Of a DNA stretch of 64,000 nt, positions 58,660-64,000 are shown one piece after another. The DNA lies in assembly GCA_963729715.1 (NCBI GenBank), contig CAVSPA010000007.1, positions 441,051 through 505,050 of the forward strand. Reading direction: 5' to 3'. Made by a program: the position numbers and the translations under genes. How positions within the stretch are numbered: position 1 is the stretch's first letter; the number at the start of each line of letters is the position of its first letter. This DNA comes from an uncultured delta proteobacterium (lineage in GTDB: Bacteria; Desulfobacterota; Syntrophia; Syntrophales; UBA2185). A model generated the notes under the pieces. The model was not told the origin of the DNA, searched no databases, and saw only the letters and a list, made by a program, of their open reading frames with translations.

Positions 58660-59853
58660 TCACTTCACCTCCTTTTTCTTGATATCTTCAGGCCAGAAGA
58701 AGACGTATGGATTTGTCCTCGGGGCCTTTACCATCTGAGGCAACGCGGGAAGTCCCACTGCCCGCAGGAATGTCCTCATGCCCACGCGCTTGATGAGTTC
58801 CCCGACCCGTTCGCGGGAGCGAGCAGTTTCACTCCACCAGTCCTGGATCTTGGCAATGAGGTCTTTCAATTCCGCGTAAGGGGGTTCCAGCTTCATGTAC
58901 GGCACGATGACCCAGGAGAGGAGCGCCCCTTCCACGATGGGGGCCTTGCCGCCGATCAGGAGAGTTGCACCTCTTTCCCCTCCCGGCCTCAGGGCCTTGG
59001 GCATCAGGTTGATGCAGTGCATGCACCGTGTGCAGTCCTCATCGTAGATTTTCAATTCCTTCCCATTATAGACCATACATCTCGTCGGGCAGAGGTTGCA
59101 GACTTCCCTCTGGATATCGAGGCCTGAAGCGGCATAGGCCGTGACTTCCTTCTGGTCTATCGGGATATCGCCCTTCCACGTGCCGATGATGGCCAGGTCC
59201 GATCGGGCGATAGAGGCAACGCAGTCATTGGGACAGGCCGCGACCTTGATCTTGAATTTGTATGGGAACATGGGGCGGTGGATCTCGTCCTGGTAGGTCA
59301 TGGTGATGTTGTAGCATATATCGAGGCTGTCGATGCAGGCCCACTCACATCGTCCCGGCCCCACGCAGGCGCTGGGCGTCCGCAAGGCCGAGCCGGACCC
59401 GCCAAGGTCAAAGCCCTTAGCCGAGATATCATCGAAGCACTCCTGAAGGTGATCCGTTGTGGTTCCGAGGAGAATGATATCGCCGGTGGAGCCGTGCATG
59501 TTCGTCAAGCCGCTCCCATGTTTGTCCCACACTTCACAGAGATTGCGCAGGGCCTCGGTCTTGTAGAACCAACCCGTCGGATGATTTACCCGCAGCGTGT
59601 GAAACGCCTGTACATTTGGGAACTTCTCCGGGCAGTCCGAGTATCGGCCGATGACGCCTGATCCATAGCCCTTGACGCCGACGATCCCGCCATGCTTCCA
59701 GTGGCCGATTTTTTCTTTATAGGAAAGCTCAAGCTGCCCGAGAAGATCCTTAGCCATAGGCTTCTTCTTGGCAGCCTGCTTCATGTCGTCGATGAAGCTT
59801 GGCCATTTTCCGCCTCCCAATTGGTCGAGAAGGGGCGTATCTGATTTTCCCAT
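58660..59853 (-). CDS. dsrA: Dissimilatory sulfite reductase alpha subunit
   Basis: [34 protein letters not shown] and KFKIK..CPNDC. Confidence 0.98.
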   Translation of the reverse strand: MGKSDTPLLDQLGGGKWPSFIDDMKQAAKKKPMAKDLLGQLELSYKEKIGHWKHGGIVGVKGYGSGVIGRYSDCPEKFPNVQAFHTLRVNHPTGWFYKTEALRNLCEVWDKHGSGLTNMHGSTGDIILLGTTTDHLQECFDDISAKGFDLGGSGSALRTPSACVGPGRCEWACIDSLDICYNITMTYQDEIHRPMFPYKFKIKVAACPNDCVASIARSDLAIIGTWKGDIPIDQKEVTAYAASGLDIQREVCNLCPTRCMVYNGKELKIYDEDCTRCMHCINLMPKALRPGGERGATLLIGGKAPIVEGALLSWVIVPYMKLEPPYAELKDLIAKIQDWWSETARSRERVGELIKRVGMRTFLRAVGLPALPQMVKAPRTNPYVFFWPEDIKKKEVK

Positions 59854-59876
59854 GTTGTCCTACCTCCTTATCTTAA

Positions 59877-61451
59877 TCATCCTATTTTCATCCAGTAATC
59901 CTTGAATGTCACTGCGGATAGCACTATGCCCAGCGGGACATTGACGATGACACCCATGGTAAAGGCCCAGAAAGGCTTCAGTCCAAAGTGAGCCAGCTCC
60001 GCAAAACGTGTCGAGAGGCCGATGCACAGGAAGCAGAATACGAATGCCCAGGTGCGGAGCTTCTTGATCGGCGTGATCACCTCAGGGTTCAACACCTTGT
60101 TAAACCAGTTCGAACTGGCGACAAGTTGAGTGAACACAATCGCCTGCTCCGGCGTAGCGCTGGCAGTCAGGGCCTTCATATCCTCGGTGGAAAGTTGACC
60201 TTTGACAGTGACCACCCCTTTCCCCGCATCAACCGTGATGCGGTCTGCATACTGCGGGGGTATCTGGTACTGCGAGAAGTCCGCCTTGTAGTCTTTGTTT
60301 TTGAACTTTCCTTCCAGGTCGGCCTTGCCGAGATAAGTCGCCGGCACCATGGTGGAGACAAAGCTCATGATTAGTGAAGCCGCGAGGAATCCGAGGACAA
60401 ACTTGGGGAAACGCTCCCAGATGATGCCGCCGCCCACTGTTGCCTTCTTTTCGCCTTCACTCGTTTCCCAGTACATGACGGAGATAACGGACAGGATGAG
60501 TGCCCAGATACCTATCCAGATGTCCCGGCCGATAACCTTCATCAGGGTAAACGTATGGATCGGCGCCTCACCGAAACGGGCCGCCAATTCGGCGACAACG
60601 GCGAAACCGGCGGCGTCGGCAAACTCCGACGTGCCGACGATGGCTCCGGCAACCCCGGGGGTAATTGTTCCCGGAACGATCTGCTTCATGACGAAGGAAA
60701 GGATAAAGATCATTACAATGGCCCAGACCGTGACGACGGCAATAGAGATAGATGTGTGCTCGTTCTTTGCATTCACGGCGCCTCCCACCGCAATGGAAGC
60801 GGAGACACCGCAGACGGCGCCGCCCGCGCCGAGCACCGCCCCGAACTTGGGTTCAAGTTTGAAAATCTTTGTCGCAGCGAGGTAGATCGTGAGCCAGGTG
60901 GCAATAGAAACAATAGTCGCCTGGAGCATGGCTACGGGCCCGGCGGTGATGATCATGGTCAGGGGAAGTGTCGCCCCGAGAAGGACGATACCGGTCTTGA
61001 TGTAATACTCCGTACGCAGGGAGACTTTCATCCAGGCAGGAATTTTCACAGTATTGGAGATGATGAGCCCGACAAGCAGAGCGAGCAGCGGCGCTTCCAT
61101 ATTGAGATCCTCCATCAGCTTCCAGCCAGCGAGATAGAAGATGGCCCAGGAACCGACAAAAAGAATTATGAATCCTGGTATGAACTGTTTGATTTTATGG
61201 CCCATGATGGCCATGGATACGCTGAATACCGATCCGAAGAGGATAAAGATTGCCAGGTATCCCGTTAAATTCTTCGCCAGGTCCGCCCAGACCTTGCTGA
61301 ATTCGGTAAGCTTGGCCGGAACGACGACCCAGCCTTTGATAGATCCGCCCGCCCAGAAAGTGAAAATCGCGAGGAACACGATGCCGAGACCGAGCCACAC
61401 GGACCACCAGTCTTCTGTCTTCCACAATTTTTCGAATTCTTTGCCGCTCAT
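59877..61451 (-). CDS. YeiH / putative sulfate exporter family transporter
   Basis: EDWWSVWLG, RTEYYIKTGIVLLG, VCGVSA, GTSEFADAAG, RDIWIG and FPKFVLGF. Confidence 0.88.
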   Translation of the reverse strand: MSGKEFEKLWKTEDWWSVWLGLGIVFLAIFTFWAGGSIKGWVVVPAKLTEFSKVWADLAKNLTGYLAIFILFGSVFSVSMAIMGHKIKQFIPGFIILFVGSWAIFYLAGWKLMEDLNMEAPLLALLVGLIISNTVKIPAWMKVSLRTEYYIKTGIVLLGATLPLTMIITAGPVAMLQATIVSIATWLTIYLAATKIFKLEPKFGAVLGAGGAVCGVSASIAVGGAVNAKNEHTSISIAVVTVWAIVMIFILSFVMKQIVPGTITPGVAGAIVGTSEFADAAGFAVVAELAARFGEAPIHTFTLMKVIGRDIWIGIWALILSVISVMYWETSEGEKKATVGGGIIWERFPKFVLGFLAASLIMSFVSTMVPATYLGKADLEGKFKNKDYKADFSQYQIPPQYADRITVDAGKGVVTVKGQLSTEDMKALTASATPEQAIVFTQLVASSNWFNKVLNPEVITPIKKLRTWAFVFCFLCIGLSTRFAELAHFGLKPFWAFTMGVIVNVPLGIVLSAVTFKDYWMKIG

Positions 61452-61540
61452 GACATCCTCCTTTCAAAGATAACTTGTTTCTTTGTTGTTGTTCATGCAA
61501 TCATTATTTAAGGGTTCGGATGGACAAGATATATGATTTT

Positions 61541-61569
61541 ATGGTAGATAGAATTAAACCGTCTGTCAA
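61541..61569 (-). promoter_or_regulatory. Sigma70 promoter of the yeiH-dsr operon
   Basis: Minus strand TTGACA-N17-TACCAT. Confidence 0.7.
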
Positions 61570-61730
61570 GATTTTCTTTGACCGCAATTGTATCTTGTCG
61601 CTTAGGGATTCTCATTTGCAACTCCGTGATTTTATTTAGTCGATTTTGTTTTGAGCGATTGTTCGTAAGATAGAACATGAAGAATCTCCAGGAGTCCACA
61701 ACTTGGAGAATTCATCCGCAGGAAAAGCCT

Positions 61731-63029
61731 ATGGCCGAAAGAACGACCGGGACTCATCGCCGGAAAAAGTGTGCTTCAAAGAGGACGTGCGCCCTGCTCT
61801 GGGATGAATCGTTCGCCTGGGGGCTGATGGCCCACAAGGCTCTCACGGAGGCCGGTTTACCTTTCCATCTCCTCCGGTCAGAAGAGATCCGCGGGGGGGC
61901 GCTTTCCCGCTGCTGCATGCTGTATGTCCCCGGTGGCTGGGCGTCGCAGAAGCAGGCCGCCCTCGGAGATCGGGGAGAGAAAGAGATAAGGCGTTTTGTT
62001 GAGGAGGGAGGCAGCTATCTGGGAATCTGCGGGGGTGCGGGCATGGCCACGGAAGACGGTATAGGTCTTATGTCCATACGGAGGAAGCCTACGGCGGAAA
62101 GGGTTCCTAGCGTGAGCGGTCACGTCCGACTTTCCTTGGCCGGTCACAGTATCTGGAACGGCGTTGATGCGCCCATCTTTTTTGCATGGTGGCCTTCGCA
62201 GTTCCGGCTCGCAGATCAGAGCGCCCGCGTGCTTGCCTCCTATGAAGAAGTGCTGCCGGATGCCTTCAGTTCAGATATCTCTGTGGCCGACGGTCGGGTC
62301 ACGGGTTGGCCGGCCCTGGAGGCGCGTTACGGAATTCTCCTGGATCCGGCGCGTTTGCATGGTCAGCCCTCCGTTCTGGAAGGGCATTTTGGCCGGGGCA
62401 AAGTCCTCCTGTCACTCATCCATTTTGATACGCCGGGAGAACGAAACAGCGCTGTTTTATTGAGAAACCTCTGGGACTATCTGGCAACGGGTTGGTCTAC
62501 CGAATCTCCGATGGGAAAAACGCGTCCGCAAAGGCGACCCTTTCCGGACTCAGCGGAATTTCGTGACGTCATGGACGGGATTAAGACGGCTGTTTCAGAA
62601 CTGATCTCTACAGGCTCAAGAAATTTCCTCTGGCATTGGCGAAACCCCCTGCTCCTCCAGTGGCGCCGGGGAGTACGGGGACTGGAATACGGCACGCTGG
62701 CAGTGATGATAGAAGAAATCGGGAAACGCATCGATGGCGCTGATAGCGGGCAGGCACATGCCGCATCGCTGGATTTGTTACCCGTGAGAGAGGCAATTTT
62801 GGCCATCAGGGATCAGCTCATTCCCTTTGTAGAGAAGGCGAAGCGCCTTGTGATCAAGGAGCGGTTTTACATGAATACGGCTCTTCTCTCCCCGGTGGAG
62901 TGCGCCGATCCCGAGATAAACCGCCTGAGGCTGGAGCTCTTCGGATCCTCCATGAGTCACGGCGGAGATTTCAAACGGCTTATCGACATTGTCGACCGTC
63001 TTTTGTTTAACCTGATCCGGGAAGCATAA
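61731..63029 (+). CDS. BPL-N (glutamine amidotransferase-like) domain protein
   Basis: VPGGW and GGSYLGICGGA; start uncertain (61677 or 61731). Confidence 0.75.
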   Translation: MAERTTGTHRRKKCASKRTCALLWDESFAWGLMAHKALTEAGLPFHLLRSEEIRGGALSRCCMLYVPGGWASQKQAALGDRGEKEIRRFVEEGGSYLGICGGAGMATEDGIGLMSIRRKPTAERVPSVSGHVRLSLAGHSIWNGVDAPIFFAWWPSQFRLADQSARVLASYEEVLPDAFSSDISVADGRVTGWPALEARYGILLDPARLHGQPSVLEGHFGRGKVLLSLIHFDTPGERNSAVLLRNLWDYLATGWSTESPMGKTRPQRRPFPDSAEFRDVMDGIKTAVSELISTGSRNFLWHWRNPLLLQWRRGVRGLEYGTLAVMIEEIGKRIDGADSGQAHAASLDLLPVREAILAIRDQLIPFVEKAKRLVIKERFYMNTALLSPVECADPEINRLRLELFGSSMSHGGDFKRLIDIVDRLLFNLIREA

Positions 63030-63104
63030 CCGTTGCCGATCCCTGCGGAGCTATTCTAGCCCTCGCATTATTTGTCAGCAAACACCTGTCGGGCACTTGT
63101 TAAA

Positions 63105-63141
63105 AATAAAAGAGGTTGGCCTATCTCTAAGCCAACCTCTT
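63105..63141. terminator. Hairpin terminator next to the tRNA fragment
   Basis: AAGAGGTTGGC...GCCAACCTCTT with an A-run on the left. Confidence 0.7.
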
Positions 63142-63152
63142 GATGTCAATTA

Positions 63153-63176
63153 TGGTGCCGAGGCCGGGACTTGAAC
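63153..63176 (-). mobile_element. tRNA-Leu-like 3' fragment (att site of an integrative element)
   Basis: Minus strand GTTCAAGTCCCGGCCTCGGCACCA = T-loop, acceptor 3' strand and CCA, with no 5' half. Confidence 0.8.
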
Positions 63177-63329
63177 GCAAAAAAAGTGACTTAAACCAAA
63201 TGTCGATGTCTCCTGCGTTTCCTTAAATTATGCTTTATATTTCATTAGTTATGAGTGTGTTGGATAAATTCATTAAGTTCAGTATATTCATCTAACATCA
63301 ACGAAAAACGACCCAAAATGAACCCAAGG

Positions 63330-63827
63330 TTATTCTTTGCTATCAAAACTCAACGCCTTGAAAGCATCTTTCGGACAACCATACTTCAAATACGACATCG
63401 GTGATTCATTCAGATGAAGTGAAACATGAAAAGGCGATTGTTGACATTCGATGAGATAGACCTTCGCCTGAAATATAAGGTCATTCATTGATCCCATGAC
63501 TCTCCGATCCGTTATCTTAGAGAATGATATTTCATTGGCGAGAGGTTCAATGTATTTTTCAAATATGGATTTATTACCGTCGGCCGCCATGAATTGTTTT
63601 ATGTAGGTCAGGACTCCCTTAATAAAATTCTTTTCATTGCTCATGCCACGCCCATACATAATCATGGAATACAAAGACACGGTGTTGGTCAGGATGATAT
63701 ATTGAATACGTTGTGCCGTGAATAGATGGGCGCTCCAGTCTGCATATGGATTCCCTTCCTGCGAAATGATGTGCAGTTGCGTGATTCTGAGTTTCTTTGA
63801 GAGTCTTTGTGTGAGTCGGAGTATCAT
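63330..63827 (-). CDS. Hypothetical protein (DUF6933-like)
   Basis: MILRLTQRL, DWSAHLF and DRRVMGSMND. Confidence 0.6.
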   Translation of the reverse strand: MILRLTQRLSKKLRITQLHIISQEGNPYADWSAHLFTAQRIQYIILTNTVSLYSMIMYGRGMSNEKNFIKGVLTYIKQFMAADGNKSIFEKYIEPLANEISFSKITDRRVMGSMNDLIFQAKVYLIECQQSPFHVSLHLNESPMSYLKYGCPKDAFKALSFDSKE

Positions 63828-63849
63828 CTTTCCGTGATCTTTCTTGATC

Positions 63850-63999
63850 CTATCTCCAACCCTTCTTTTTTATCTTAAAGAGCTGATCCACCGATATGAA
63901 GTGAATCAGGGTTTTTTCATAACGACGCTGATAAGGGGATTTAATATTGGGACTCAGCACATAATTTTTCCCCTCAGGATAGAGCGATCGAAATACCAT
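63850..63999 (-). CDS. C-terminus of a gene running in from outside the window (possibly an AAA/DUF4143 ATPase)
   Basis: Open frame ..VFRSLYPEGKNYVLSP..KKKGWR*. Confidence 0.35.
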   Translation of the reverse strand: MVFRSLYPEGKNYVLSPNIKSPYQRRYEKTLIHFISVDQLFKIKKKGWR

Positions 64000-64000
64000 A

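Noticed and set aside
63121..63240. Complete tRNA gene
   Set aside because: Only the T-loop and 3' acceptor strand are present; there are no D or anticodon arms.

Overview
A 64-kb gene-dense window from an anaerobic bacterium. Gene content suggests Desulfobacterota, probably a Syntrophales-like organism (inference). From left to right: (1) the 3' end of a molybdopterin oxidoreductase; (2) a divergent isovalerate/leucine-type acyl-CoA cluster (two HMG-CoA-lyase-family genes, crotonase, stand-alone carboxyltransferase, GctAB-type CoA-transferase | acyl-CoA transferase, isovaleryl-CoA dehydrogenase, AtoE transporter); (3) an AOR/Fe-ADH/ferredoxin and Grx-FTRc redox block; (4) an accessory stretch (22-41 kb) with at least six in-frame stops, a frameshift and truncated genes; (5) histone-H1-like proteins; (6) an attC-like cassette; (7) a reductive dsr operon (yeiH-dsrABDNC-M2K2-MKJOP). 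Signals the ORF track misses: a glutaredoxin-like gene with two in-frame TGA codons, each followed by a SECIS-like hairpin (35765-35980); a Leu/Val leader-peptide attenuator upstream of atoE; a perfect 33-bp inverted repeat in the divergent promoter region; and two direct, degenerate copies of a tRNA-Leu-like 3' end (48441-48466, 63151-63176) that bracket the dsr operon and suggest an old tRNA-integrated island. I saw no rRNA, complete tRNA or CRISPR array. All product calls come from motif recognition by eye; no database searches were run.
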